Positions 36,538 through 50,715 of a stretch of DNA of 64,000 nt are shown here, in pieces. Position 1 is the first letter of the stretch. Every line of letters starts with the position of its first letter. The position numbers were made by a program, and so were the translations under genes. Origin of the DNA: Phyllosticta citribraziliensis. Lineage: Eukaryota. The notes under the pieces are model-generated. The model worked only from the letters and a program-made list of their open reading frames with translations, searched no databases and was not told where the DNA came from. The DNA is taken from contig NW_027117339.1 in the NCBI RefSeq assembly GCF_038025025.1, positions 1,798,001 through 1,862,000 on the forward strand, written 5' to 3'.

Positions 36538-38130
36538 GGACTAGGGAGAGAGAAATTGAAAGAGTGAGTGAGGTCAAGGTGGATGCGTAGCCAAAGGTGT
36601 CTGTCCACTTACGTTGTGTTTGTCGCGTTGGTACAGTACGCCATCATCAATTTGCTGCTTCAATCGCTCGTAGCTTGCCAATCAAATTCGAGTTGCTTTG
36701 CCAGCCTCTCAATCTCCCCTGCTTGCTTGGAGAGTGTCTTGCTGCTCACCTCTGCAATCAGGCTGATTGATCCAATCTTGTAGAGAAAATGTCGGGAGTG
36801 AAGAATGCGGTTGATGATTAGGACGGCTATGACTGTGAAACAAGACCAAACAACTGAGAAAAAGGACATTGTGAGGAGGCTAAAAATGCAAGCTCCGCTC
36901 GGCTCAAACAAATGAAATCGCTCACACGTATTGCCCCCATTTCCCTTCTCATATTGTACAGTACACTATACATAGCAGCAGCACACAGAGGACACAAAAG
37001 CACACGCACGCGTACGTACACACACAAGGCTTTGCGGAGTAGTGGTACTAGTAGTAGTAAAAGTAGAAAAGGCAGCAGTAGCAGCGGCCACTAGCAACCA
37101 CCACGACCCCAAAAAACAAAAACAAAAAGTCTATATCTCCCATTCTTTCTCCTATCCCCTTTTTTTTTTTGTTCTTTCTTTCTGCTTACCCAAATGTGAA
37201 GTTTCTTCCGGACTCCACTTTTGACGTCGTCTTTTGAGCCTTGTCCGCCTCCTCCTGCCTCCACCATTACAAGCAGCTTGCAGTAGCAGTGGAACAAACT
37301 TCGTTGCCATCCTTCCCAATACCATCCCGAAATCCTTTCCATCCGAGAACCGTCTCAGCCACCTGAGGGTCCAGTCCGTCGTTCCGAGATGAATAGGAGC
37401 GCGGCGGGAGGAGAGGCCTGAGAGGGAGAGAAAAGGTCCGAAGGAAGTGCCAGGCGGGACGGAAGAGTGCGTGCAAGAACAAGCGCGATCGAGCTCCGAA
37501 CAAATTCATTCAGACCCTCCTGCCGTACGCCTTTGTGTATGAGAAGAGGAAAATGAGTAAGGAAAAAGAAAGACGAGGGCAAAAGAACAAAACAACCACA
37601 GATTATGCTACCAAAGCCGGCCGTAACAACAAAGACTACTAGTGCTCCGATGGAAAGAAAAGAGAAAACAAAGCGGCAAAGCCTCGAAGAGTGAGAATCG
37701 TGGACACATCCAGGTCAAGGTAGGAGAAGGTGGTGCTGGGGTGGGATTTTGAGGAGGACGAAGAGCAGTATGTATGATGACGAGGGGAGGAGGGAGATGA
37801 TGACTCCAATTGGTAGACGCAGCAGATGGCAAGAGAGCAGGAGCGTCAGCCAAAAAGAGAAAAAACCAGCCAGACCTGCCCAGGCAATGCACACTGCGCC
37901 CCACTATGCATGTTGATCGCGATGATGACGATGATTAGACCAGCTGACGACAGAAGTGGCCCGCAAACGCTTGCGGAAAAGGATGATATGAGGGACGAAA
38001 GGTGAAGAGTGGTACCAGCGGGAGGAGTTGATGCCGAATCCCCGTGGCAGATAATGGCGCGGCGGTTGCCATTTCAGTGTTTGGGGTCAACGTTGGTTTT
38101 TGACTTGCGGCCTACTATACCACAAAAGAC

Positions 38131-40053
38131 TTAGAGAGCTGCCCACGTAGGTCATTGGCGAGCGACGGCTTCGACGCCCTCACTCACCACAGCATAGCGT
38201 GTTGACAATCTTTTTCCACACCGAAGGCTTTTGCTCGGGGGAGGGCGTGGGCCGGTTGCCGGCGGGCGTCGGTTGCGCGTTGCCTTGGATTCCGGCGCTC
38301 TGAGTGGCGCTCATTCTCTGCGGGAGATTTTGTTGGCTGGTCTGAAACTGCGCGGCCGTCGAGCCCTCGGGTGCTTGAATGTCTCCTCCGCTTTTTCTTT
38401 TCATGGGGTCCGATTGGTACTTGGCGACGTCGGTCCTCGAAGGGTGTCTGGGCGTACCTCCCGGGGGGCGAGTAGCGCCAGGCTTTGGGAGCTCAGCATC
38501 AAGTCTGCCAGGGGGCATAGGGGTCTTGGAACCACGCACGTTGCTGCCGTGGAGCTCGCGGGCCGAAGAGTTGGGGATGGCATTGTTGTGATGGAGATGC
38601 GCGGCGGACGAGTGGGTTTTCATGGCTTCCCATCCCTTGCCGTTGTTGATCTTCATCCAGTCATACTCGCCATCCTCAACCTCGCCCGTGTTCTTGAGCG
38701 CCTGAGTAAAAAGGTCACGCAGATAGTCGTAGTCTGGATTGTCTTCGAATCCAAGATTGCGGACGTAGCTGAGGTACTTGTTGAACTCCTCTGTGGTGTG
38801 GTTAGTCTCGAACTTTGATATCTGGCGCGACACGACGAACCAGGGAAACCATCGCACAGATCCTTAATCGCAGTCGTCTGCTTCTTCTCTCCAATCTTTT
38901 CGTACTTTTGCTTGTTCGTGGCGGCCTTGAGGCCCTGCCACGGCAAGCCACCCCTCAAAAAGTACATGAAGACGTGGCCAAGAGCCTCCAAGTCATCCCT
39001 CCGCGACTGCTCACGGCCAAGGTGGGTGTTGATCGACATGTAACGAGCCGTGCCGGACAAGGACTTGCGCTCTCTGTACGGAATGTGTTGCTTCGTCTTG
39101 GGGTCGCGGTATTGTTTGGCCATGCCAAAGTCGACGACGTGGATTACGTTGGCGGTCTTGGTGTTGGGGCGCCCAATGAGGAAGTTGTCGGGCTTGATGT
39201 CGCGGTAGATGAGGTTCTTTTCGTGGATGGTTTGCACGCGTGACAGCTGCCAGACGTTAGTTGGGCCGTAGGCTACCGTACGGCCAGACGCACCATTTGC
39301 TTTGCGACCATGACGACCGTCTTGATGGAGAAGCGGCGGTTGCAATGGTCAAAGAGGTCCTCCAGGCTTGGGCCGAGCAGGTCGATGACCAGGATGTTGT
39401 GCAGACCCTCTTGTCCAAAGTAGTAGACATTGGGGATGCCGGCTGCAGGACGGTCAGCTGATAGAATTCGGCACAAGTTCAAATTGGGGGGGGGGGGGGG
39501 GGGGGGCATGGCCATCCGATCGCGCAGGGCGTCAACGTACAGTCGTCGACGTCGTCCTCGTCGACAGGCGTTGCCTGTGCCACATGGCGGCGGCGGCGCT
39601 GCTTGGCGACTTGGACGCGACCCTTGACGGCGGTGATGAGCATGCGTGTAGAAAAAAGTATCCCACTTACGGCAGCCCACGAGAATCTTGTACGTCCGGT
39701 ATTCGTCCCTCAGCTGGGGGGCATCGCTCTTCCGCGGTTCCTGTCAAAGGCCGACGGTTAGTGTCCAAAACGGCGCAGGATGGGCAGCGGCCCCTATATT
39801 TGTGGCAGGGCGTGGGGACGCACAAACTTGATGGCGACCTGCTGGTTGTTGAGCAGGTTGGTGCCCTCGAAAATAACGCCAAAGGAGCCCTGGAGACGCG
39901 ACAAGTGTCAGTGTGTGGGCGTGGAGGTGTGCGCGCGCGCGAAGAAGGTAGTAGCGGCCCGAGGGCAGGTCGCGGTGGGCGCAGGCGTACCTCTCCTATC
40001 TTTTTGCCGACCCTGTAGTGGACGCCCACGACGTTGGAAGACGAGGACGCCAT
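38131..40053 (-). CDS. YCK1: Casein kinase I, Yck1/Yck2/Cki (CK1-gamma) type with C-terminal CC (6-7 exons)
   Basis: [79 protein letters not shown], terminal LCC. The last exon is uncertain (stop at 38131 or 38180). Confidence 0.95.
39486..39506. repeat. G21 homopolymer within a casein kinase I intron
   Basis: 21 consecutive G on the + strand. Confidence 0.95.
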
Positions 40054-41898
40054 GGTGGAGTAGAGCAGACGATGTGGTGGTGGATGTCGGCGGTGGAGGG
40101 TGGACGTGGTTAAAGGGTGGACGGGAACGGCCTCCTGAAGGGCAGGCAGGCAAGCGGTCGGTCGGGCAGAGCGACTCGGTCGGTCGACTCTCTTCGCCGC
40201 GTGGTGGATGGATGGTGGAGAGAAGCAATGCGGAGAGGAGGGGGAGCAGACGGGAGCGGGAGCAGGAGTGCGGTGGGAGAAGAGGCAGAAAACGAGGACG
40301 GGACCAGGAGGGAGGAGAGGCGGAGCGGCCGTCACAGGTACGGGGGAGGTTGCAGTGATGGTGGAGCGGACGGGCGACCGAGTGAACTGGAGGCCGCCGA
40401 CGGAAGTGGCTAGTGGGAACACCGGCCTCGACCAGGCGGCGGCAGCGCCCACCTCAGTGCAGTGCAAGAGACATGGGAGTGGCACAGCGGCCAAAACCAA
40501 AATAACGTGCAAACTCTACAATCATCAGGAGATTTGGGCGTCTGGGTACTTGATGCGACGCGATGGATACCGGTTTGGCTTGACCGGACACCCAGTGCCT
40601 CTCCGCGTCGCATCTGCGACGCTCTCACCAGTCACGACTCCCCAGGCCAGGGCACGTCAGCCAGCCCAGCGCATGCCAGCCAGCACGAGGCCGGCAGCAC
40701 ATTCTCCAGCTTCAATCTGTTATCGCCATGTCAAGAGGCTGGCAGGCGGTTGACGGGCGCCGGCGCACAAGCCGACCAGAGGCGGACCGGACACTAGGAC
40801 ATCAGCAATCTCGCACGCATGAACCCTGCGCCAAACTCTCACAGACGGTCCGGGACCGCCACCACGGCACCTTGGACTGGCGAGAGGGAGCACACTTTGG
40901 GTCGCCACATGATCCGTAGGTACAGTATACGCCTCGCCCGTCGCCACCCCCATCTACTGCACTATACATGTAGTCAAGAAAAACACAAAACAAATCCTGC
41001 CGCCCTACCGGTACACAACTCTGTCTGCTCTTGGCTGCCCGCCCGGCCCCACGCCCTTCGCTCCGCCCTGATCGACCGTACCTATGTACCTGCTGGCTCG
41101 AGATACCAACCCCAGCCCATCACTGCCAACCACTCGTCACTGTCAGCCAGGCAAGCGAGGGCGACATTCTGCAAGCCCCAACCGAACCGGCCACAATTAT
41201 GATGCAACCCTCACGGCCAATGATCCATCAACAACACCTTCAGCCACCTTGTAAGCCTGCTTGGTTGCCCTGTTCTGCAGTCTGCCCTGCCTGATGCTCT
41301 GCCCTGCTGCTGATCGAAGCGCCCTGCTCCCAATTTCGAGGGTGAGAAAAGAAAAAAAAAAAAAAAAAAGCACGGCCTCTCCGACTACGTTCGACAAATG
41401 ACCAACCAGCCATCTGCAAGGTGGGCGAGCAAGAAGGGAGAAGATTTCACCAGCGGTGTGAAGTTGTAGGCGGGTGATTGTGTAGAGTGACCAAATAGAG
41501 TCATGTGACAAGGCTTAGTTCACCTATTCCGCCCACCCACCCACCATTTCCAGGTACCGCGCAACATCTCACCGCCCTTGAACGTCGGTGCTGATTGACG
41601 TCTGCGTTCATAATCTCGATTGTTTCAATGTCGCTACCGTCGCTGTTGACGTTGTTGCCCAATTGCCCGGTTGTTTTGCTTGCTCGCTGAATGTACGCCG
41701 TCAAAACCGCGTCTGACCTCATTTGTGGCTGATGTCCGTCTTTGCCCAAGAGTAAACAAAAAACAACAGCAATCATCCCTCCCAACGCCATCCCCCACCC
41801 CACCCCCGTTTCCCGCTCGCCCGCTTATGATTTTAATACAAGACGTGCTATAGCCCTTGCCCCTGTCTGGCCCGTCCGCACTCCTCACTCCTCACTCC

Positions 41899-44800
41899 TC
41901 ACTCCTCCATGACATCCCCGTTGGTCTCGGAGCTCTCCTCATCATCCCCCTCGGATCCCCCTGCTACTGGTGCCGCTGCCGATGCGCCACCACGACCACC
42001 ACCACCACCATTGCCCGTCTCGACGCTCTGCTGCACATCATCCATGGCCTCTTCGAGATCCTCTTCCGACTCCTCGGGCACCGGGCTGATGCCGTTTTCC
42101 CGTGGATGAAACGGTTTCGCCCGAGGCGTGACATCTGGGTCGCCGTGGTCCGATGCGTCGTCGCCGTCGAGCCCCAACATGGCCCTGCGCTCCGCTTCCA
42201 CCTGGTTCACAGCCGTCTGCCGCGCAAGCTTCACAATCTCCTCGAACCAAAAGTCGGCCCGTGTCGACGATACCACGCTCTGCAGCTCGTTGTCGTCCTG
42301 GATGTTGTCATTGATTATTGGATCGCGCAGGTCCTCCGATGGGAACCGCGCCTCGAGCTCTGCCGGCCGGCAGCCCGCGTCAATGACCTCGCTCGGGGCC
42401 AGAATCTGGACATGGGGATTTTCGTTCCAGAAACCTATACCAATTGGTTAGCAATCATGGATTCTCAGCCTGAAACCCGCACCCCGTTTCAACGTTCCAA
42501 CAAGGGGATTCGTCGACTCCACTCACCATTTCTGAACCCTTGAAGCAGAAGTTTCCACGTTACCGAGTTTTCCACAGTACTGCGCGTCTGCTCGTCGCCT
42601 TGCGTCGCCGTATTGTTGATGACGGCCCAATTGTCACTCAAGAATACCCTTTTCCACGCCAACTTCAGCGCTCCTTCCCAAGTCTGCTTGTCCATCAGTC
42701 CTGCGGACACGGCCAGCGCTTCAAACGCCATAAACTTGAGGTTCCGGCTAATGTCGTGGGCTCTTCCTGGTTCGTGGCAAGTGGTGTCCATCAATGTCAA
42801 GACATCAATCAGCAGGCCAGAATCAACCACCCTGTGTGCTATAATCTCCTCGAAGCCGCGCTTGAGAACCTGGCATAGAGCGGGCCTGTCCTTGGTGAAC
42901 AATACGCCGTAGTCCATCATGACGAGGTCTATGGCGCTATCGTCATCGAGCGCTCCATCAACCGTGCCCTTGATATGCTTGTAAATCTTGTCCTGAATCT
43001 CACCAAGCTCGAGTTCCGCGTCGCAGCGAGCAAGCTGCTCGGTTGGCTTGGGAATGGCTTCCGCTTGGCCTTCTGCGTCGGCAGCGAGAAGCGTCAGTTT
43101 AGCCAGAGACACTTCCACCTTCTTGCCCCAGGCTCGCGTCTCCTGGGAGGTGCCCACGTGCAGCAGCGCCTGGCTGGCCGATGCAAAGTCGCTCTCGCCC
43201 AAAACGTCGTTAATCCAGCTCAGCTTGGCGAAATTGGGATCGCTGCGCAGGAACTTGGTGAGCATCGACTGCCCTACGCCTCGCTTGTCCAGCATGAGCG
43301 CAGACCTGCGTGTCGCAATGTGACTGGCATACAGTGCGTCCGCCCAAGCCTGGCCGAACTTGTTGAAGTAGCCGCGAATGCGTTGCTCGAGCTTCCTCAT
43401 CGACACTGCAAAGTGCCGCTCCTCGTCTTCCGTTGCCGACGCGCCGTGCTCTTCTTTCAAGAATGACAGCTCGTCCCACGTCAAGTCGACGAGGGCCACC
43501 ATGTCTCTGAGTCTCTCGGCGATTGTCATGCCAGGGTCCGCCATGCCAATTTTCGTGAGGGCCGTGATTTGTTGGTACCGGACTTTGGTTTCGAATTCAC
43601 GTTTGAGGCTCTCTCCAGAGGCTCGCACCTTCTCATCCGACTGGGCCAGGCACCACCGGAATCTCTCCATGTGAAGCTGACAGCAAAGCTTGACAAGGCG
43701 CGGGTTGTCAGCTGCCACCTTTTTGGCAAAAGGAATCTCTCCGTGCTCCTCGTAGATCTTGAAGACAATTTCTCTTGCAATGTCGACGAGCTGACGGGAG
43801 CAATTGACCAGGTTGTGGTTGGCTGTCCACGGCTGAGGCAAATCAGCGTATCCCGTCGTCAGAATGTTGTAGTCAAGTTCCTCGCCCTCCAGGCCATAGT
43901 CCTGTAGATGGTCCCGCCGGAAAACGTAGGCCCTTTCGAGCGAGTTCAGGAAAACATCGTCGGCCTCGCTGACCAGAAGCATGATCTGCTCAATGGTCCT
44001 CGTGCCTTCAGCGTAAATCTCTTTGATAGTCAGCGAGGCCCAAGGAACAATGAGCATCATCCTCGAGGCGTCGCGGACGAAGAATTGGCGAACTGGATCC
44101 AGCTCTCCGTGTTCTGGTCGAAGCTCCGTCTTGTATCGTTCATGAAGGACGGTGATGAGCTCTTCCAAGAGCGGCTTCTGATTGACCTCGTACTTCAGAC
44201 GATCCTCGTAGTATTCCCAAATGCCAGCTGCAGCCGTCATCTTTTCGGCGTTCCAGAGAAGGTTCCATTTTCCAGCTCGCGAGATTGGTGGGTAATTTGC
44301 CTTCAAGTGACGTGCAAGGCTGTCAAGTGCCGACGCTCTAAATGCGATTTGTTGGGCCAAGGAGGCAATGACTATGGGAACGTGTTCCGAAGCCGAATCG
44401 AGAACCTCTCTGCTGAGCTCAAGGGCTGCCGCCTCGACCTCTTCCACATCAAAAGCAAGCTCGGGCTTTGCAGAAAAGTCGAATATGCTGTCAGGGCTGC
44501 TGCCAAAGAAAACAGCCTGCTCGATCCTGCTCTTTGCTGTGACTCGTGTCTTCTCAAAATCAGATCCAGGCTCCGGTGTTGAAATCCGGATCGGACCAAC
44601 GCCGCTGGCAAAAACAATACAGCTAGCTTGTTTTGACTTGCGACTCGACTCCTCCAACACAAATCCAACAAAGCGAATTTTTCTGTCTTGCCGCAAGTAT
44701 AGCACGTCTTGAAATGGTTTCGGCGGGAGTCCTTCGTCCACGGTCAGTTGCATGTCCGGAGTTTCGGTACGTCTTGCCAGCGAATTGATGACCACAGCGT

Positions 44801-46285
44801 CTTTGAAAACGACGAACGCCGTGTGCTCTGGAGGAGGAACGAGCAGTTTTGCCGTCTCTGGTGCCTGTGTAGAGCTTCCAGAATAGGTATCCAATGCCAG
44901 TGTTCTCTCGATTATGGCCGCGTTGTTGGCCAGGTCCATCTCGACAAGAGCATAATTGACATTGTTCGGCGTGAGGACTGCCACGAGTGCCAGGATACTC
45001 GTGCTTGGTGGTGCCGTCGGGTCGCTGACCTCGTTTCCCTTTGACCTTGACCGCAGAATGGAGAAGTCCAGTACCTTTGTGGTTATAGACGAGCGCACTC
45101 CGAGGACTGAGATGCCTTGCAGTGAGGTGAGGATCTGCTCGCGCGCATCGATTTCCGACTTGAGAGAATTGTTGCCAGACCAGCTGAGATCCCAGAGTTG
45201 AAAGGTTCCAGATCCAGTACCAATGACAACCTCGAGCTGTCCCTTCAAGGGCGATGGCCGGACCTTGACCGCTGCCACGTCCTTGTTCCACCCGCTGCCC
45301 GAGATGATGCTCCTAAGCCCACCAAAGAAGCCAACAGATCCATTTTGCGATGAGCTCCGAAGGAATTGGACACTGATTTGTGGCCGGCCCTGAGAGTCCC
45401 TGACTCTAAGTTGCGCCGTCCGCCCAGTGCTGAAGACGAGAATGAAGCCAGCTTGTTCAGCATCCACAAGATCAACAACATGCTCACCCGAGAGCATGGA
45501 GCCGATTGATCCCTCGATACCCTGTCGACGCTGCTGGAATAGGCTAAGCGACTCGGCGCTGTCCACATTCTCCCAAAACTTGATTTCTCCATTGGTCGGG
45601 TGGATAACAACCAATCCGAGGTCACCAGTCGGGCCAGCGTTGACAACGGAGCCCACTGGAAGTGGATCTGATCGTTTGGACTGAAAGGGAAGCTGCAGGG
45701 TGTGCGATGAAGCGGTGGTTGCGGCGGGCGAGGTGTAGTCCCAGACGTAGGCATACTCGTGAGTGATGGCGACGGCAAAGGGACTTGAAGTCAAGGCAAA
45801 GGTCCGGTGAGCTTCTACGCAAGCGTCAGTGCGGGGGCAGCGCGTTTATTCGAGGCGCATACCATGGGGGTTGAGGCGAAGACGCTCTGGGAGGCTTGGG
45901 AGCTGCTTGAAGGTATAATTGGGCGACTTGGTCTGCAAAACACGTCAGTAAGCCATCATGGAGCGATGCACCTGTGACGGACCAGAATCGAAGCACCGTC
46001 GATTTTCCGCGCAAGGGGAGCGGAGGGCTTCTTCTCCCGCAGCGGAATCTCGTGGCGCAACGCGGACCGCCTCTTTTCGTCACCGTTGACGGCGTGGCCA
46101 TTGAGAGCCACAGCTTCCTTGTTGATCTTTGCTGTGTTCGAGGGGTCTTGGAAGGTGGTTGGAGATATCTTGCTGCGCTTCCGCTCGGGCTGGTTCTTTG
46201 CTGAGTCGGAGTCGTGTCGCTGGCGTCTTCGGGGATTTCGCGCAGAGCCATGAACACCATGGAAGGAAGCTTCTGGCGAAAACAT
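41899..46285 (-). CDS. NUP133: Nucleoporin Nup133
   Basis: MFSPEAS...RNPRRRQR start, beta-propeller-like N-half (YAYVWDY, IKFWENV), AKSRIEQAVFFG, KLSWINDV, KKVEVSLAKL. Introns near 45985-45930, 45870-45815 and 42525-42440. Confidence 0.9.
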
Positions 46286-46781
46286 GGCGAGCGAACGCGA
46301 CGGCGACAGGACGCGATGCACGTGTTGAAGAGGGTGGGGAGGAGGGATGATGGGGGTTGGTGTTTTCTCGAAGCTGACTTCGGCTCTCTTGCATGGATGT
46401 GCTGCGTTGTTTGTAGTCACGTCTTGGCGCGCGTCCCCCGACGGCAGGTTTAACGCCATGGACACACGCAGTTAAGCCCGCAACTGCTTTTGAAAGTGCT
46501 CCCGTCGCCATCATTTGCTCAATTTTGGGCCGCTGGATTGAATGTAAAAATCATTGTGTCATTGATTCGTACCCCTGACCAGTCTATTTAACGCCATTGA
46601 AATGCGGCGTCTCGTGTGCCTGTCCTGTCCTGTCCTGTCCTAATAACGCGTCTCCAGAAGCAGCATTCAGATTCCGTGCCCTCTCCATACCCAACACCCA
46701 GCCGAATATACGTTTGTTGCGAAGAGCTACGCGCCCGTTGACTTGACCTTTCCAAAACCAAACTCCGCAGCAATGCACAAT

Positions 46782-47854
46782 TTACAGCTGAATATCGTTA
46801 TTGAGAAGCCGCACCTCTTCGCCCGGCTTGAAAGCAGGCAGGCCAATGTACGGGCAGCCGTCGCAGCGGAACGCGTCGCCAAGTGCGCAGTTCCCGCAGC
46901 TGCCCACCTTACCTTGAACGGTAAAGTCGACTTCGGCAAGATCCTCGGATTCGAGTTTCATGGTGTTGAGGGCTTTGTCGGCCGCTTCCCGTTTGGCTTT
47001 GTCTTCTTGCTCGAGCTGTTGCGCAAGTCCGCAGGTACAGTCTTTGCAGGCACGCCTCCGCTTGCCCACCTTTGGTCGGCATTCAGGTGCTGTGTAACCG
47101 TTAGCCTACGCATGCATGCTGCCGGCTTGTCTCACTTACGCGGCATAACAGGCCTCATTTTATCTTGCTCCGTCAACAGCTCATCCTCGTCAATCAAGTC
47201 GTCGTCGTCATCATCGTCTTCGCCAGTGACAACAGGAGTGCCAAAGTCATCACTAAAGTCGACGAAGCCGACACCAGCCGGCTTTGGTGGCTCAACTGAC
47301 TCGCTCTTCCTCTTTCCATTCAGAGCGAGGGGAACGGCGCCGTTGGATGGCGCAGTGTTCGTCTTTCGTTTGAGCCGCAAAGGCACAGCTTGCTCGGCGC
47401 TGTAGTCGGGCTTGAGCATGCCATCATTGTCTTGGCTGACGAGGCCTGCAAGAATGGCTTCGGTCTTCTCTGCTCCGTCGAGGCCGAATTTACCATCCTG
47501 GCTGCGGAGGCGACCACCGGGCTTCAGGGTCTCGATGAGCTTCGCAATGACGTCGCGGCTGAGAAGGTTCTGGCTCTGGGTGCGCGAGCCATCTGCGTCG
47601 GACAGGACGAGGACGGCGTCGTAAGTGGATTGCGGAAGAGTGACGAGGCCAAGTGAAAGGCGATCCAGCATCTGGATGTCGGTTACATTGCGATCATGGG
47701 TCTCGAAAACGCGGTTCAGGGCCTCGGGATGCGCAGCAACGGATGGTGGGGCTACGAGCAGCGTGCGAGTGCCGGTAGCGGACTTGGTGGGGTGAGTCGC
47801 GACCGAGGCGAAATCGAAATCTGAGGAAGTATCGATGGAAACCGAAGGCGCCAT
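46782..47854 (-). CDS. DRE2: Fe-S cluster assembly protein Dre2 (anamorsin; 2 exons)
   Basis: [70 protein letters not shown]. Confidence 0.97.
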
Positions 47855-48354
47855 GTTGACGGCGTGGGAGGAAGTGGATAGACTTCAGCTTGGGTCCGGA
47901 GGGTCAGGAGAGCGTCGAGGGGAAAATTGCGAGCGGACAGATTTGCAAGAAGCGGGAGGACGTCGAATAGTTGAGGTAATAGGCGTCTCCACGGAACTGC
48001 GAGTCGCTGCGGTGCTTACAAAGCCTGATGTCGGGTGCTCTGAGTGGAACGACAGCAGGTGGTGGCCTGAGACGTCAGGCAGCAACGGCGAAACTATTCA
48101 CCGGTGCGGGACCCTTGCCTCCCCAAAGCAGACAAGCGCAGTGCGGGGAAATGGGTCACCACCGGCTGGCCCTTTGGTTCCATTGTTTGTCCAGGGCAGG
48201 CTGGGGGGAGCCAATGTTGCACTGGACGATGCCATGTCGACTACAGTACCTATGTAGCTGAACTTGGTGCAATCCCACAGCAACGCTGCTATCCCAGCTA
48301 CGGAGGCATTCCACGCTCCTCAGGTCTGCCTCCGCTGCTTCGGACGGCGAGTAG

Positions 48355-48366
48355 TGACGTAAGGGG
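48355..48366 (+). promoter_or_regulatory. Possible overlapping CRE-like (TGACGTAA) and STRE (AGGGG) elements in the DRE2/STF2 divergent intergenic region
   Basis: Sequence TGACGTAAGGGG. These are short motifs with plausible context only. Confidence 0.25.
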
Positions 48367-49110
48367 TCCAGCTCGCCCGTTCAACATCACCCAGATGGCA
48401 CCTTAGGCACGGCATTTTGGCAATTGCAAATGGCCTATGGCGAGTCAGATACCTCGCATTCAGGCACTCGTGCGGCTCACAGCAACCTGTTGGTTTGAAG
48501 ACGGGCCGTTATGCGTGCCAGGAGTCGCAGTCGTGTGCTGTCTAGACGTGCATACCCCGCCTCCCGCCTCCGCAAACGCCTACAGGTTGCTCGCGTGAGC
48601 CTGTATCGTACATCAATACCGCCGGACCATCGCCATAGTTCCTGTCACCATCGCGTCGCAGACTTCTTTGCAACTCGAAGCTGGCTTGCCCTGCCTCCAA
48701 TCCTGGTCCCATTCCCACTCCGCATCTTTCCTGCAGGTACCATCACCCGTGGTGGCTCCACCATCACCTACAGCCGCGCTTGGCCCAAGCTCCCAAAGGG
48801 GTCACGAGAGTCGAAGCTGATCGAATAAAACGCCATTCCCATCCAAGACCCTTTCCTGTTCCCCAGTCTTCACCTTCAACTCTAATTCTGACGCCAACTC
48901 CACCGCTCTTCATTCTCTCTCCCGCTCCTCAATCACACCAGTGAGTCTGCCTCATCCTCCGTCCGTTGTTCCCATCCGCAGCTCCCGTGGCAGTGCGAGC
49001 TTGACAAGCACACACGTCACTTCAGCTCCCTTATCTATGCCACCTCGCCCGTTCGACAAAGCTTCAGCTCTGACTGTCAATCCAAAGATCTCTTCCTTTT
49101 CCAATCCATC

Positions 49111-49646
49111 ATGACCCGCTCCCACAAGGCCAATGACCGTGACCACGCCGCTCACCAAGGCAACGACGAGCACCACCATCTTCCTCGCTTCTTTGCCAAA
49201 CACGGTCATGTTGACTCTGAGCCCGGAAAGGTCAAGAAGAACGGCGGGGGTAACTTCAACTGGTAAGTCTGGTACATGCTCCAGTCTGATCTTTCCAAGA
49301 ACCTATTACCTCACGTCATCCACGGTCTGCTGCTCAATTGATTGCCTCTTGTCTATGCATCGTAAGCTGACAGCAGACGACTTCCAGGGGCCGCGAGGGT
49401 GACGAGCTAGACGACTTTGCCTACAACATGTCCAATCCCCGCCGTCGCTCAAACAGCAGCACCCTACACAATATGAGGGATGTGAAGACAAAGTTCGAGA
49501 CGGTCGAGCCCGAACCCGTCTTTGAAGAAGAAATTCACGGTCCCCTCGCTGAGGACAATGACCTTGACAAGGTCTCCACCGGCGACAGTACCAACACTGA
49601 AGGCAGTGTCGAGGACGACGAGCACGGTGCTGCCAAAAAGCTATAA
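49111..49646 (+). CDS. STF2: STF2/TMA10-like small hydrophilic stress protein (2 coding exons plus a 5'UTR intron 48941-49087)
   Basis: MTRSHKANDRDH...PRFFAKHG...KVKKNGGGNFNW|GREGDE...RRRSNS. Intron 49263-49387. Confidence 0.85.
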
Positions 49647-50715
49647 GCTCGGCGTTCTGAGATCGAAAATACTCTCCGCAGCAACGGTGCATTGATTTTG
49701 GGGTGGCTTTTCTTTCAAGACCACATTGCTCTCGTCCCTTCCTGCCCTTCGTCAATCTTGCTTGGCGAGACTAGCTGCGGCTGGTGCTTGAAACAAAGTC
49801 GCTACGTTTCTCACCGAACTCTTACAAAAAGGACCACAAGAAGGTCTGGGAGATTCTGAGCCGCCTTTTTCCTTTTCTTTCATCAATGTTGTTTGCTAGG
49901 CCCACAAACTTGTTGCCGTCGGCGTTGCTGCAAACATCAATGTACTCCATAGGCGAACTGTTCTTTCACTAGTAACGAATGGATGACTTGAACGAAAGAC
50001 TTAACTAACCACATCATATCGAGTCAGTGATCCCAACGATGTTTCGGCCGCACCACGCATAGGTAACCTTGCTCGAACCCCTGCGGGCTCGGCCACACCC
50101 CATCTCACCCCTTGCCTGAGGCTTCCCCCACGACCGCCACTCCCCCACCTCCCCCTCACGTGTGCCCATCACGCGGCACCTTGTCTTTGAGCCTTTCACT
50201 TTTCTCGTATTTTGATTTTTGAAGCTAGGTCCAGATGTGGACAACGTCTCGCCTTACCCCACGCCAGCCTTGTAGCACCTCACTTGACCTTCCTGATCCC
50301 GAAACACCCAGACCCCACACTACCGGGACTTGGAAGCGCATGCTTGCTTGGTTGAGTGAAGGAGAGAGAAATATTTGGTTTCACGGGATTCTCTCCCAAA
50401 GCTAGCATGTAGCTACAAAATAATGACGCTTTTGATTAAGGCTTGGATGCTGAGCATGCTAGGTGGGTAGTCTAGGTACTAGCTGAGACTAAAGGAGACA
50501 CAGTGCTTGAAATGCCAAAGCAAGACCACGCAAAGAGAGGACAGACGAATAGCAGAATGAAAAGGTATCTCGGCTTTTCACCTCTCCCCTCCTTGCTCTT
50601 CCCGCGGCCTCGACAATAGTAAACCGAAAGAGTAAACAGAGACAGAATTCCTTCATCTCTGTTGGTAACATTACGGAGGCAGAGCAACCTTGCTTCCACT
50701 CATACTCCTCTCTCC

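Noticed and set aside
36540..38070. Long intergenic region with A/T runs and short microsatellites, and similarly 40100-41880 with an A18 run
   Set aside because: Consistent with long UTRs and promoter of casein kinase I and its neighbours. No terminal repeats, transposase remnants or RNA folds were evident.
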